DNA from: an uncultured bacterium
GTDB lineage: Bacteria > Acidobacteriota > Thermoanaerobaculia > Multivoradales > JAHZIX01
DNA: 64,000 bases
Assembly (NCBI GenBank): GCA_965368975.1
Contig: CBDUPA010000015.1
Span: 108,778-172,777 of the forward strand
Direction of reading: 5' to 3'
Below, one piece after another: positions 1-10,900 of this stretch. Position 1 is the first letter of the stretch. Each line of letters opens with the position of its first letter. Both the position numbers and the translations under genes were made by a program. The notes below the pieces were generated by a model, which was not told the origin of the DNA, ran no database searches, and saw only the letters and a list, made by a program, of their open reading frames with translations.

Positions 1-2053
1 CGGCTAGCGGACGAAAGGGGTGCAAGGAACCGACGTCTTCGCGGAAGCGCAGCAGTAGCTCGTCGGGAATGGCGAAGAGCGAGCCCTTGAGGGTGGCGAA
101 GACGGCGAGTTCGTCGTCTGGCCACTCGACGGCGGTGAGCGCGGCGCGCAAGGCTTCGACTTCTTCGCGCTGGTGGAAGGAGCGACCACCGATCAGCAGG
201 TGCGGGATGCCGCGCGCTTCGAACGCCTGGGTATACGGACGCGTGACGTCGCTGCCCCAGGAGAGGAAGCGGCGGAAGAGCAGGCAGATGTGGCGCGGGC
301 GGATGGGCTCTCGGGCTTCACCGTCGTCCGAACCGCCTTCTTGCGATCCCACCGTCCAGCCACTGTCGTGCAACAGCCACTCGACGAAGCCAGCGACCGC
401 TTCGGGCAGGCACTCTTCGATCGCGCGGCCGGTGACTTTGCCCCAGGGGCCGTAGGGGGCGTGCGCGGGCAGGGCGATCCAGGCGGGCTGATCTGGGCGG
501 TCGGGACGCTGGCGGTCGAGCGGCACGTAGGTGGGCTGACCGCTCTCGTCGTCGCCGGTCATCTGCGCCGCGAAGACGGCATTGACGCCCTGTTGCAGGC
601 TGCGCACCGCACGGAAGCTGCGCGACAGGTGCACAAGGCCGACGCCGGCACCTTCCGGAGGTGCCCCTGTGAGATGGCTCTGGATCTGGCGGTAGAGCAA
701 CACATCAGCGCGACGGAAGCGGTAGATGCTCTGCTTGGGGTCGCCGACCAGGAAGAGCTTGCCTGGCACGGGACGCGCGGCGCGCCAGTCGGTCTCGTCG
801 GGGTCGTCGGCGGCGAGCAGCAGCAGGATCTCGGCCTGCAGTGGGTCGGTATCCTGGAACTCGTCGACGAAGATGTGGCTGAAGCGCTGCTGTAGATGGT
901 GCCGGACCTCGGGCTGGTCGCGCACCAGGTCACGGGCGAGCAGCAGCAGGTCGAGGAAGTCAAGGTAGCCGCTGCGCCGCTTGAGCTGTTCGTAGCTCTC
1001 GAGCACGTCGCTCAGCTCGCGCCGCAGCTCGACGGCAAGGTCGGCATCAGCGGCTTGACGGAAGGCGTCGAGGGCGGCGAGCAGGGCGTCGCGGCGGGCC
1101 TGGACGTCGGCGCGTGGCAGACCGGGGGCGTACTCTTTGCCGCGGCCTTTCCAGCCTTTGGTGCGCTTGCACTGCCGCAGCAGGTCGAGTAGCTCGGCTT
1201 CGAGGCGGTCATAGTCACGACGGCCGGAGTCGTTACGGCGGTCCGTTTCCCCTGCCTCCTCGCTCAGGCCCTCGGCGCGGGCGACGGCGGCGGCGAGGGT
1301 GCACACGGGCTCGAGGGCGCGACGCAGGTAGTCGCCACGGTTGCGGCTGCGGGCGGCCTGTTCGGCGAGATCGGCGAGGTCGACGAGCAAGTCGTCGATG
1401 GCGGCCTCACGATCGAAGTCCCGCTGCTCCCATTCGGCGGGAAAGTCGCGCCAGTCGACCAGGCTCCAGCCGGCGGCACGCAGGCGGTCGAGCGGGCTGG
1501 TGCCGTCGAAGCTACGGCGACCGGCTTCGCGCGACAGGGCACGGCGCAGGCCCTCGGGCATGTGGTCGAGGCGGCGTTCGATCCAGGCGCGGAAGGCCTG
1601 CTCGTAGACGCGGCGGGCGTCGTCGTCGTCGAGCTCGCGGAAGGCGGGATCGATGCCGGCCTCGACGGGACGAGCGCGCAGGATCTCAGCGCAGAAGCTG
1701 TGGATAGTGCCTATGTGGGCTTCTTCGAGACGCGCGATGGCGTCCCCCAGCCGGCGCCGCTCAACGCGATCATCACTGGCGGCACGGGCACCGTCCAGGC
1801 GGTGGCGCAGGCGCAGCTGCAACTCGCCGGCGGCCTTGCGCGTGAAGGTGACGGCGACCAGGCGGTCGACGGTGGTCTTGCCGGCGGCGAGTACGGCGAC
1901 CAGGCGCGACACCAGCTCGGTGGTCTTGCCGGTGCCGGCGGCAGCCTCGACCAGCAAACTTTCGTCGAGGCTGCTACGGATGCGCTCGCGCGCCTCGTCA
2001 TCCCGGGCGCGCGCGGCGTCATCCTCGCTGGCGTGGGCCAGCTCGTCTCTCAC
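1..2053 (-). CDS. addA: UvrD/AddA-type ATP-dependent helicase-nuclease subunit A (runs off the left edge, 3' part missing)
   Basis: Not in the ORF track because no stop lies inside the window. Manual translation from GTG at 2053 (GTGA overlap with the addB stop) gives MRDELAHASEDD...SLLVEAAAGTGKTTELV...VAVTFTRKAAGEL, i.e. Walker A and motif Ia of the UvrD/AddA family. Downstream LVDEFQDT and VGDPKQSIYRFR motifs can be read on the minus strand near 705-875. Confidence 0.9.
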   Translation of the reverse strand, partial: MRDELAHASEDDAARARDDEARERIRSSLDESLLVEAAAGTGKTTELVSRLVAVLAAGKTTVDRLVAVTFTRKAAGELQLRLRHRLDGARAASDDRVERRRLGDAIARLEEAHIGTIHSFCAEILRARPVEAGIDPAFRELDDDDARRVYEQAFRAWIERRLDHMPEGLRRALSREAGRRSFDGTSPLDRLRAAGWSLVDWRDFPAEWEQRDFDREAAIDDLLVDLADLAEQAARSRNRGDYLRRALEPVCTLAAAVARAEGLSEEAGETDRRNDSGRRDYDRLEAELLDLLRQCKRTKGWKGRGKEYAPGLPRADVQARRDALLAALDAFRQAADADLAVELRRELSDVLESYEQLKRRSGYLDFLDLLLLARDLVRDQPEVRHHLQQRFSHIFVDEFQDTDPLQAEILLLLAADDPDETDWRAARPVPGKLFLVGDPKQSIYRFRRADVLLYRQIQSHLTGAPPEGAGVGLVHLSRSFRAVRSLQQGVNAVFAAQMTGDDESGQPTYVPLDRQRPDRPDQPAWIALPAHAPYGPWGKVTGRAIEECLPEAVAGFVEWLLHDSGWTVGSQEGGSDDGEAREPIRPRHICLLFRRFLSWGSDVTRPYTQAFEARGIPHLLIGGRSFHQREEVEALRAALTAVEWPDDELAVFATLKGSLFAIPDELLLRFREDVGSLHPFRPLA

Positions 2054-5000
2054 GGTGTCTCCCGGAGGCGGTTCAGCTCGGCCAGGCGTTGCGGCTTCTT
2101 GCGACGCAAGCGTTGCTCTTCCAGAGGACCACACACCGGCCGGAAGTCGCACCAGCGGCAGGCGTCCTCTTTGGGCGCAGCGGGTAGGAAGCCTTCGGCC
2201 AGGTGATCGTCGATGATACGCAACACGGCCCCAGCAGCGGCGCGGCGTTCTTCGTCCAGCGGTACGCTGACGACCTCGTAGCCACCACGACGCGTGCAGT
2301 AGAACAGGCGCCCCTCCTCCACCGGCTGCTCGAGCAGAGCTTCGGCGGCGAGGCCATAGAGTACCGGCTGCAGCAGCTCACCGCCGCCCACCGACACTTG
2401 CTGTCGCAGGCCACTCGGCTTCTTGCCGGTCTTGTGGTCGGTGACGCGCAAGCGCCCCCCGTCGGCGTGTTCTTCGAGCAGGTCGATAGCGCCACGCAGC
2501 CGAGCCCCGCCCGGCAGGCCGCCGAGCGCCAGGTCCGCCGCTGGTTGTGCGTCGGTGTCGTGGCCTTTCTGAGCCTCGTCCAGGCCAGGGCCGGGACGCT
2601 CTCCGAGACCGAACGAGAGTTCGAAGCGCGACGGGACCCACGGCTCACCGGCGTCGACGACGGCACGCAGCCAGCCACGCAGGTCGAGGCCGAGGTCGCG
2701 GATCTCGTCGTCCCAAACGCGCGGAATCGCCGGTGCTAGTGTCTCCCGGTACTGGCCGGCGACCTCGGCCAAGACATCGGCGGCAAGCTCGCTGGCGGCC
2801 TCGGCGCGGTCAGGCGTCAGGGGTAGCAAGTCCCTGGCTTTCAGACGCTGGAAGAGCCTGTGTTGGACTTCGTGGAAAAGACTGCCTCGGGTCAGCGGGT
2901 CGAGTTGTTCGAGCGGACCGGGACGCTCGCGCGGACGCAGGCGGTGGACGGCGTGCAACAGGAATCGATACGGGCAGGCGGCGAAGCCTTGCAGGGCGGT
3001 CGGCGAGTAGCTACGGGCCGCCAGGCGGTGGCGCTGCAGCACGGCGAGGGCGGAGGGCTGCGGGTCGACCAGGCCGTCGGCGCCGGAGAAGAAGTTGCGC
3101 CAGCGACGGCCGCGAGTGCGCAGGGAGCGCGCCAGGCAGCCGTTGGCGTCGACGCCCGGTTGCAGCAGGTAGCGGGCTTGCCCCTTGGCGGAACTCTTCA
3201 CGGAATTCTTCAGAGTCCCCACACCGAGCAGCGGTTCGAGCACCGCCAGGTCGAATTCGGCGTTGTCGATGGCGCGCTCGAAGTCGGCGGGTGCCGGCCA
3301 GCCGAGGCGGCTACCCGCGGCTTCAGCGGCCTGCGCTTCGAGCTGACGCACGTCGGGCAGCGCTCCCTGCGCGGCGCGCAGCAGGTCGAGAGCGTAGAAA
3401 GATGGTACGCGCGCTCGGCCCTGGACGGCATCGAGGTTGGGGTAACTGGCGACCAGGCGCTGGCGAGCGGCGCCAGCAGCCAGCCGCAGGCGCAGGCGCT
3501 CTTGCTGCACGCGCAGGTCCTGGCGCGGCAATGCGGCGTCAACCGACTGGCGGGCGGCATCGAGCAGCAGCGGATCTTCGGCGGCGCGGCGCGGGAAGAT
3601 GCCCTCGGCCAGGCCGGGCAGAAAGACGGTGTGGAAGTCGCGTCCGCGCACTTCATCGACGGTGCCGACGAAGACCTGGCCGTAGCGTCGCTTGGACGGC
3701 TCGGTGCGCAGGAAAGCGAGGCGATCGGCCAGCACCCGGCGTACCTCCGGCAAGCCGACCGGACCGACCTCGGCCATCGGCGCTAGTTCGCGCAGCACCT
3801 GCAGCACGCTCTCGGGGCGACGGAGAGCGACGTTGGCCAGCCGGCGCAGGTGGTCGAGCCAGGTACCCCAGGTCGCGCCCTCGGGCAGTTTGGCGAGGCG
3901 GTCGATCAACGGCAAAGCAAAGCGGCGCAGGTGGTCGAGCCGGCGCAGTTGACGCTCGATCGCCTCGGCGCGACCTTCGCCGCTCTCGGCTCCTGCCTGG
4001 CCGCCCGATGGTAGTCCAGACTGGCTGCCCGATTGGCCGTCATCGTCCTCTTCCCCACGGTGCTCCAGCCGCAGCCGCAGCTCGGCTTCGAGACCGTCGA
4101 GCCGGCGTTGCCAGCGCTCGCGACCGCCGACCACGGCGGCGTCGACCAGCAATTCTTCCCAGCGCTGCGGCGTCTTGAGCGTACCGGCGATGACCGCGCT
4201 GTCTCCATCTTGCCCAGCTGGGTCTTGCTCGGTTTCGTCCTCCGCCTCGTCGTCAGGCACCCAGCCCAGACGCTCGAAGCCCCCGGGAGCCTTGAGCACC
4301 AGCTGTTCCCCGGTCGGCTCGACCCACGGTTCCTCGCGCTCAGCCGGTGCACCGTCGTCGTCCACTGGGGGCACTTCACCGAGCGACAGGTACTCGGCGA
4401 AGCGGCTGGCGGAGAGTCGATCGGCGGCGCAGGCGAGCAGCGCCAGCAGGGCACGGCCGGCAGCGTGCGGACGCGCGGTACCGCGACTGAAGTAGGCGGG
4501 AATCTCGGCCCGGTGCAGGGCTTCTTCGAGCAGCGGCAGGTAACGCTCCCGATCGCGCAGCAACACGGCGACCTGATCGAAGGGAACGCGGTCGAACGGC
4601 ACGGGCTCCTCATAGCCCGCTGTGGCTGACGCGGCCTCCAGGATGCGGCGCGCGATCTCAACGCACTCGCGACCTTCGCCCGGTGCACCCAACAACTCGA
4701 CGCTGCGGTCGTCAGCGCGCGGCGGTGCCCCCGCGGCAAGCTCGGGACGGAAGACGCCACGGCGCAGGCGCTCCAGGCGCGGCAGGTGGTCGATGTCCCC
4801 GGCAGAGCTGGCGTCCGCGTCGGCAACGACGATCTCGGTGCCTGGACCCAGCACTTCGACCAACCGCGCCAGGCCCTCTTCGTCACCCGTGGCGACGGTG
4901 GCCAGCAGCGACGGTGCCCGTGCCGCCAGCGGTGCCAACAGGTGCTCCTCGGCCCGGCCGTCGGGCGACAGGTCGAGCCACAGCAAGGGCAGGCCGACGC

Positions 5001-5652
5001 GATAGGGCACCTTCCCGTCCCCCACTTCGCGCAGGGCGTCTCCGGCCAGGCGCAGCAAGGCCGGTGGGTCGACCAACGAGCGCGTCGACAACTCGGCCTC
5101 GTAGTCCTTCAATAGCTGGGCCAAATCGCTGCCCGCCGGGCCGGCGTCGGCAGCGGTCAGCGCCTCCGGCGTCACCTCGTAGCGTCGCAGTTCGCCGAGT
5201 GTGCGCGCCAGCTGTTTGGCGAAGCCGGGCATGTCCGCGACGCGCTCGAAGTACTCCAGCTCGCCGCGCTTGCGGCAGCGCGCCACGGCCCGTGCGGCCA
5301 GCGCTTCCAGAGCCAAACCGGCAACGCTGGTCAGCTGGCGCCGCGCCAGCATGGGTGTCGCCAGTTCGGCGGCCAGTTGCAGTACCGTCGCGCGGTGCGC
5401 GCCCAGCAGACCAGCGCGGTGCGCGCCCAGCAAACCCGTCGCAGGCTGTCTCGACAGCAGGCGACGCACGAAGTCATCGCCACCACCGCGCCCCGACGAC
5501 AGAATCAGCGTCTCGCCGCTCGCTGCCGCCCTACTCTGCACATCGAGCAGCCAGGCGGACGCGGCGGCGAGACGGCGGTCCGCGGCGCTACTGACCAGGA
5601 TCCGGCGCACAGAGCGCTTGTCTATCGCTCGCGCTGGTCCCGGTTCCGGCAC
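2050..5652 (-). CDS. addB: AddB/RexB-like subunit: inactive helicase-like region plus C-terminal PD-(D/E)XK nuclease with Fe-S cysteines
   Basis: 1200 aa. No intact Walker A. C-terminal SPTALQGFAACPYRF, RGSLFH, RGAIDLL...VTDHKTG, QPVLY and C-RWCDFRPVC (four Cys). Translationally coupled to addA. Confidence 0.85.
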   Translation of the reverse strand: MPEPGPARAIDKRSVRRILVSSAADRRLAAASAWLLDVQSRAAASGETLILSSGRGGGDDFVRRLLSRQPATGLLGAHRAGLLGAHRATVLQLAAELATPMLARRQLTSVAGLALEALAARAVARCRKRGELEYFERVADMPGFAKQLARTLGELRRYEVTPEALTAADAGPAGSDLAQLLKDYEAELSTRSLVDPPALLRLAGDALREVGDGKVPYRVGLPLLWLDLSPDGRAEEHLLAPLAARAPSLLATVATGDEEGLARLVEVLGPGTEIVVADADASSAGDIDHLPRLERLRRGVFRPELAAGAPPRADDRSVELLGAPGEGRECVEIARRILEAASATAGYEEPVPFDRVPFDQVAVLLRDRERYLPLLEEALHRAEIPAYFSRGTARPHAAGRALLALLACAADRLSASRFAEYLSLGEVPPVDDDGAPAEREEPWVEPTGEQLVLKAPGGFERLGWVPDDEAEDETEQDPAGQDGDSAVIAGTLKTPQRWEELLVDAAVVGGRERWQRRLDGLEAELRLRLEHRGEEDDDGQSGSQSGLPSGGQAGAESGEGRAEAIERQLRRLDHLRRFALPLIDRLAKLPEGATWGTWLDHLRRLANVALRRPESVLQVLRELAPMAEVGPVGLPEVRRVLADRLAFLRTEPSKRRYGQVFVGTVDEVRGRDFHTVFLPGLAEGIFPRRAAEDPLLLDAARQSVDAALPRQDLRVQQERLRLRLAAGAARQRLVASYPNLDAVQGRARVPSFYALDLLRAAQGALPDVRQLEAQAAEAAGSRLGWPAPADFERAIDNAEFDLAVLEPLLGVGTLKNSVKSSAKGQARYLLQPGVDANGCLARSLRTRGRRWRNFFSGADGLVDPQPSALAVLQRHRLAARSYSPTALQGFAACPYRFLLHAVHRLRPRERPGPLEQLDPLTRGSLFHEVQHRLFQRLKARDLLPLTPDRAEAASELAADVLAEVAGQYRETLAPAIPRVWDDEIRDLGLDLRGWLRAVVDAGEPWVPSRFELSFGLGERPGPGLDEAQKGHDTDAQPAADLALGGLPGGARLRGAIDLLEEHADGGRLRVTDHKTGKKPSGLRQQVSVGGGELLQPVLYGLAAEALLEQPVEEGRLFYCTRRGGYEVVSVPLDEERRAAAGAVLRIIDDHLAEGFLPAAPKEDACRWCDFRPVCGPLEEQRLRRKKPQRLAELNRLRETP

Positions 5653-5654
5653 GG

Positions 5655-6911
5655 CTATCCGGCTTGCTCCGGTACGGCAGTCGCTGGTGGATCGGCGTAG
5701 ATCGTCCGGTTCTTGCCCTGCTCCTTGGCCACGTACATGCGCCGGTCGGCGATACGCAGCAACTCGTTCTTCACCTTGACCGGGCTGAGATTACGGCCGC
5801 CGGCCCCCGGCAGTAGCAGGCCTTGCAGGTCACCGTGCAACGTCGCCAACCCGGCGCTGCAAGTGACGACGCCGTGAATCTCGAATGCCGGATTGTTCTC
5901 TGGATCAGCCGGGTCCGGACGCTCCAGGAAAACGTGCTTCTCGATGCTCTTGCGGACCGTCTCGGCCGCCCAATAGACCTCCTGGTGCCCCGATTCCGGC
6001 AGGATGATCACGAACTCGTCACCGCCGTAGCGGGCGCCCACCGAGTGCCCGGGCAGCACCTGGCGCAGGATGTCGCCGACCTCGGCCAGGACTCGACTGC
6101 CAGCCAAGTGGCCGAAAGTGTCGTTGACGTTCTTGAAGTGGTCGAGATCGAAGAAAATGACGCCACAGTCCTGCCCATCGGCCACCGATTCTTCGAGCAC
6201 CTGGCTCAGGCGGTAGTGCATGTAGCGATCGTTGTAGAGCCGCGTCAGGTCGTCACGCCGCGCCATCTCGCGCGCCCGCTGCGCTTCGATGGCGTTGGCC
6301 ACGGACACTGAAATCGTCTGCGCGAAGATCTCTAGCAACTCCAGCTCGCGCTGCGTGAACACCTCTCCGTCGCGCCGGTTGATCAGCTGCAGCACCCCGA
6401 CCACGTCGCGCTCGACGGTCAGCGGCAAGCAGATGACCGAGCGGGTCGTGAAACCGGTGAGGCGGTCGACGGCGGCGAAGAAACGCTCGTCCTGCGCCGG
6501 CTCGCGGCTGACGTACGCGTCACCGGTGCGGAAGACGTGCCCAGCAATACCCCGCTCGACCGGCATGCGCGTCCCCGCCAGCCGCTGCGCGTGCTCGCCG
6601 AAGCTCGCCGCCACGATCAGCATGGTCTCCTTGCCGTCTTCGCCCTGCACACCCTGGTCGCCGTCCTCCATGCCAGCCGGGCTGTCGCTGGCACTGGCAC
6701 CGTCGCTGTCTTCGGTCAAATCCTTGAGGAAGATAGAGCCCGCCTCGGACGGTACAAAGTCGTTCGCCCGGCGCAGGATGTCGCAGAACACGGCACTCAA
6801 GTCCAGCTCGTACGACGGCGTGCCGCTCGGCTCCTTGGGCTTGAGGAAGTGCACCAGTTCCAGGTTGCTGATCGAGTAGGTCTTCATCAATCTTGCTTTG
6901 GCTTGTGCCAC
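5655..6911 (-). CDS. GAF-domain sensor diguanylate cyclase
   Basis: GAF region (GIAGHVFRTG...TRSVICLPL...GVLQLIN) followed by DDLTRLYN, FFDLDHFKNVNDTFGHLAG, RYGGDEF and AKEQGKNR. The start could be ATG at 6887. Confidence 0.92.
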   Translation of the reverse strand: MAQAKARLMKTYSISNLELVHFLKPKEPSGTPSYELDLSAVFCDILRRANDFVPSEAGSIFLKDLTEDSDGASASDSPAGMEDGDQGVQGEDGKETMLIVAASFGEHAQRLAGTRMPVERGIAGHVFRTGDAYVSREPAQDERFFAAVDRLTGFTTRSVICLPLTVERDVVGVLQLINRRDGEVFTQRELELLEIFAQTISVSVANAIEAQRAREMARRDDLTRLYNDRYMHYRLSQVLEESVADGQDCGVIFFDLDHFKNVNDTFGHLAGSRVLAEVGDILRQVLPGHSVGARYGGDEFVIILPESGHQEVYWAAETVRKSIEKHVFLERPDPADPENNPAFEIHGVVTCSAGLATLHGDLQGLLLPGAGGRNLSPVKVKNELLRIADRRMYVAKEQGKNRTIYADPPATAVPEQAG

Positions 6912-6926
6912 AGGATCCCGCTGGCG

Positions 6927-7586
6927 CTACTTGGTTCCGAACATACGGTCACCAGCATCTCCGAGGCCAGGTAGGATATATCCGATCTCGTTGAGCTGGC
7001 GATCCATGGCCGCGGTAAACACCGGCACATCCGGATGCGCCTCGGCGAACGCCCGTGCCCCTTCCGGTGCTGCCACCAGGCACACGAACTTGAGTGATCG
7101 CGGCCCCTCTTGCTTCACTCGCGCCACCGCCGCAGCCGCCGAGCCGCCCGTGGCGAGCATCGGGTCGACCATGATGACGTCCCGATCACTGACCGCGCCC
7201 GGCAGCTTGAAGTAGTACTCGTCCGGCTCCAACGTCTCCTCGTTGCGCGCCATACCGACATGCCCCACGCGCGCCGACGGCAGTATCTCGAGCATGCCGT
7301 CGAGCATGCCGTATCCCGCCCGCAGCACCCCCACTAGCACCACCTTCTTGCCATCCAGCACCGGCGCCTCGATCGTCTCGAGCGGCGTCTCGATCGTCTT
7401 GGTCGACATCGGCATGTCGCGCGTGACCTCGTAGACCATGAGCATGCTGATCTCTTTCAGCAACTGGCGAAATTTCGCCGTGCCGGTCGTCTTGTCGCGC
7501 ATCAAGCTGAGCTTGTGCCGAATGAGTGGATGGTCGAGTATGGTCAATGGGGCTTCGGACATCTGGGCTTCAGCCAGTTCGGACAT
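6927..7586 (-). CDS. upp: Uracil phosphoribosyltransferase
   Basis: [27 protein letters not shown] and [18 protein letters not shown]. Start uncertain (ATG 7586 or 7562). Confidence 0.96.
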   Translation of the reverse strand: MSELAEAQMSEAPLTILDHPLIRHKLSLMRDKTTGTAKFRQLLKEISMLMVYEVTRDMPMSTKTIETPLETIEAPVLDGKKVVLVGVLRAGYGMLDGMLEILPSARVGHVGMARNEETLEPDEYYFKLPGAVSDRDVIMVDPMLATGGSAAAAVARVKQEGPRSLKFVCLVAAPEGARAFAEAHPDVPVFTAAMDRQLNEIGYILPGLGDAGDRMFGTK

Positions 7587-7917
7587 GTGTGGAGGCTCCT
7601 CCGCCTGCGCGTCAGTCAACAGCTCGGCCAACCGAGCACAGATCAGTGCAGATCACTCTGCTAACGACATCAGTTCCCCAAGTTTAGACCACCTGCCGTT
7701 GCAAGCGAAGCCTCGGACCTCCAAGTCGTCCAAGGCCGGCACGATTCTGGCCGGTTATCCAATTTGCGGGCGGAGAACTCGAAGAGCTGCGACGCGCCTT
7801 GACTCACTGAAGACTGGATCCTCGAAGACCAGCTCACCCCACCTCGCCGCCCCGCACCGGCCTAGCCTGGCCTGGCCTGGCCTGGCCACGGCAAAGTTGA
7901 CCTTGCGTTGTACTTCA

Positions 7918-10900
7918 TCACCCCAGCGCCTCGGGGACGGAAATCCGAGGCTTGGACGCGTCGTCATCGAAGCGGATTCCGAAGAACAGCGAGTACAGCA
8001 CCGGCACGACACCAAGCGTCAAGGCGGTGGCGAAGACGAGGCCGAACATGATCGCGACTGCCATCGGTTCCCACATCGGACCACCCCCCAGATAGAGCGG
8101 AATGAGACCGCCCAGGGTCGTGAAGGTCGTGAGCAAGATTGGACGCAGGCGCCGCTGCGCCGAGTCAATGATCGCGGTAGCTGGGTCCATACCACCGGCA
8201 ATCTCGGTGTCGACACGGTCGATCAAGACGATCGCGTTGTTGATCACGATACCGGCCAGCGAGATGACGCCGAGCAAAGTCATGAAACCGAAGCTCGACT
8301 GCATCACGAGCAGTCCCACGACGACGCCTATCAAACCCAAGGGGATGGTAATCAGGATGATCAAGGGACGGCGAAGGGAATTGAACTGGCCGACCAGCAG
8401 CAGGAGGATGATCAGGCCGGCGATCGGTAGTTTCTCAGCGATCGATGCGTTCGCCTTGGAAGAGCCTTCCGACTCGCCTCCCAGCTCCCAGCTGGTTCCG
8501 CGCGGCCAGGCGGTGCTTTGCTCCTCGAGCCAGGGCAACAACTGTGCATTGACTTCGGCGGCGGTGACACCCGGTGCCAAGCCGGCCTCGACGGTGACGG
8601 TGCGCAGGCGGTTGCGACGACGGATGTTGGCGGGCTGCCAGGCAACTTCGATCTCGGCCACCTGGCTCAGGGGCACCGAATGGCCCGTAGCCTGCGCGAA
8701 GACGTTGAGCGAGCCTAGCTTGCTCAGGTCGAGACGGTCCGCGCCGACCGAGCGCAGGGTGACGGGAATGACTTTGTCGCCTTCACGGTACTCGGTGGTT
8801 TCGATGCCGGAGAGCAGGGTCTGCAGGGAGATCGCGATGTCCTGATGGGTAACGCCGGCGGCACGCGCCCGCCGTTCGCGGATATGAACACGCAGCTTCT
8901 TCGACCGCGCGCCCCAGTTGTCGCTGACGCGTCGCGTGCCGGGGATCTCGGCCAATCGCTCCTGTACCTGCGCCACAACTTCGAAGATGACGTCCGAGTC
9001 ACGGCCGGCGATGCGCACCTCGATCGGATTGTCGGTGGGTGCGCCGTTGGACAACGTCGAGATGCGTGCCCTGAGATCCGGGAAGGTCTGGTTGCAGTAG
9101 GCCAGCAGACGCTCCTGGGCCAGGTCCACGAACTCGCGGTCATTGGCGTTGACCAGCAGGATCGCATACTCCGGGCTCGACTGCTCCGGACCGTAGGAGA
9201 GCACGAAGCGGGGTGCCCCGGCGCCGATGAAGGTAGTCCAGTCGGTCACGCCGACCTGTCCCTGCGCGGCCGCCTGCGGGTCGATCAGCAGCTCGTCTTG
9301 CAGAAAAGACTCCACCTGATCGACGACCTGCTGGGTGGCGGCCAGCGGCGTACCGGTAGGCAGGAACAGTTCCACCTTGAGCAGCGGCTTGTCGTTGGGC
9401 GGAAAGAAGATGACCGGCACAAGACGGAACAAGGCCATCGCCGCGACGAAGACGACAGCCACCCCAATCAGCGTCAATACCCGATTCCGGAGGGCGAGTT
9501 GCAGGAGCCCACGATACGTGCGGTAGAAGCGGGTATCGTAGGCCGCGTCCCCGCCGGCATCCACTGCCTGGTGCTTCTTCACCTTCAGGAAGGCGACGCA
9601 CAGTAGCGGAATCATGGTCAGCGACAGCACCCATGAGCACAAGAGGGTGATCGTGACGACCTTGAACAGCGGCGCGGTGTACTCGCCGGTGGTCGACTCC
9701 GCCAGGTAGATCGGTAGGAAGGCCGCAGCAGTCGTCAGAGACGAGGTGAGCAGCGGAATGCGCAGTTCGGCAGCCGAATCGATCGCTGCCTGACGCGCAC
9801 TCTTGCCCTCCCCCATCTGCACCAGTACCGACTCCGACATGACGATCGCGTTGTCCACCAACATGCCGAGCGCGATGATCAGCGACGCCAATGACATCTG
9901 GTCAAGGCCGATGCCAAAGAAGGACATCACCAGCAGACTCATGACGATGGCTGATGGGATCAAGCTCGCCACCACCAGCCCCGTGCGCACACCCAGACTG
10001 ATCAGCATGACGCCAATAACGATCAACACCGCCTGCAGCAAGTTGCCGACGAAGTCCTGGATCTTCTTCTCGACCGCAGCCGCTTGATACTGCGCGAAGC
10101 TCAGCTCGATACCGTGGGGATAGGCCGCCTGCAGACGCTCGACCGTCTCGGTGACGGCAAGACCGAGGTCGAGGATATTGCCCCCCTCGCGCATCGACAC
10201 GGCCAGGACCAGGCCCGGCTCGCCATTGACACGCACCCTCGTGCGCGGCGGATCGACGTAGCCTCGATAGATGTTGGCGACGTCCTCGAGAAAAATCAGC
10301 TGCGCCGGTGACGGCTGCCCTTGGGCGTTGGCACCCCCACCGAGGTTGATCACGGTGCGCCGCAGATCGTCGACCGACTCGAAGTTGCCGGTCGGCTCGA
10401 GCACGATTTTCTCGTTCGGCGTGCGGATCTCACCGCCTGGGATGATGATGTTACGCGCCTCCAACAGGCTCTGAAGTTGACCGGGCGACAAGCCCAGCTC
10501 CGCCAGACGGGCGTTGTTGTACTCGACAAAGATCCGCTCGTCCTGAGCACCGTGGATCTCGACCTTGGCGACCTGCCCCAACAACAACAGCTCGTCGCGG
10601 ACTTCGTCGGAAATGTCCTTGAGTTCGGCGTAGGTATAGCCATCGCCGGTGAGTGCGACCAAAGTGCCGAAGACATCGCCGAACTCATCGTTGACCGTCG
10701 GTCCGATGATGCCGGCCGGCAAGTCCGACGCTACCCTCTCCACCTTGCGGCGCAGCGAGTCCCAGATCGGACGCATGTCGGTGTAGCTCTCCAAGACATT
10801 GACCGACAAGATCGACACGCCGGTCTTCGACTGGCTGCCGATGAAGTCGAGCTCCGGCATCTCCTGGATCGCCTTCTCCAGCCTGTCGGTAACGAGCTGT

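Noticed and set aside
2050-3010. Cas4-like Fe-S PD-(D/E)XK nuclease domain suggesting CRISPR-Cas
   Set aside because: It is the C-terminus of a 1200-aa AddB-like protein coupled to an AddA helicase; no cas1/cas2 and no repeat-spacer array are present.
2547-4178. Long alternative ORFs (e.g. 2547-4178 +, 27068-29239 -, 51707-53518 +, 42224-43582 +)
   Set aside because: They are antisense or off-frame shadows of well-supported genes in high-GC DNA, with no recognisable motifs.
7858-7887. (CCTGG)n pentanucleotide run between the RND gene and upp
   Set aside because: Only about five imperfect units; no evidence for phase variation or function.
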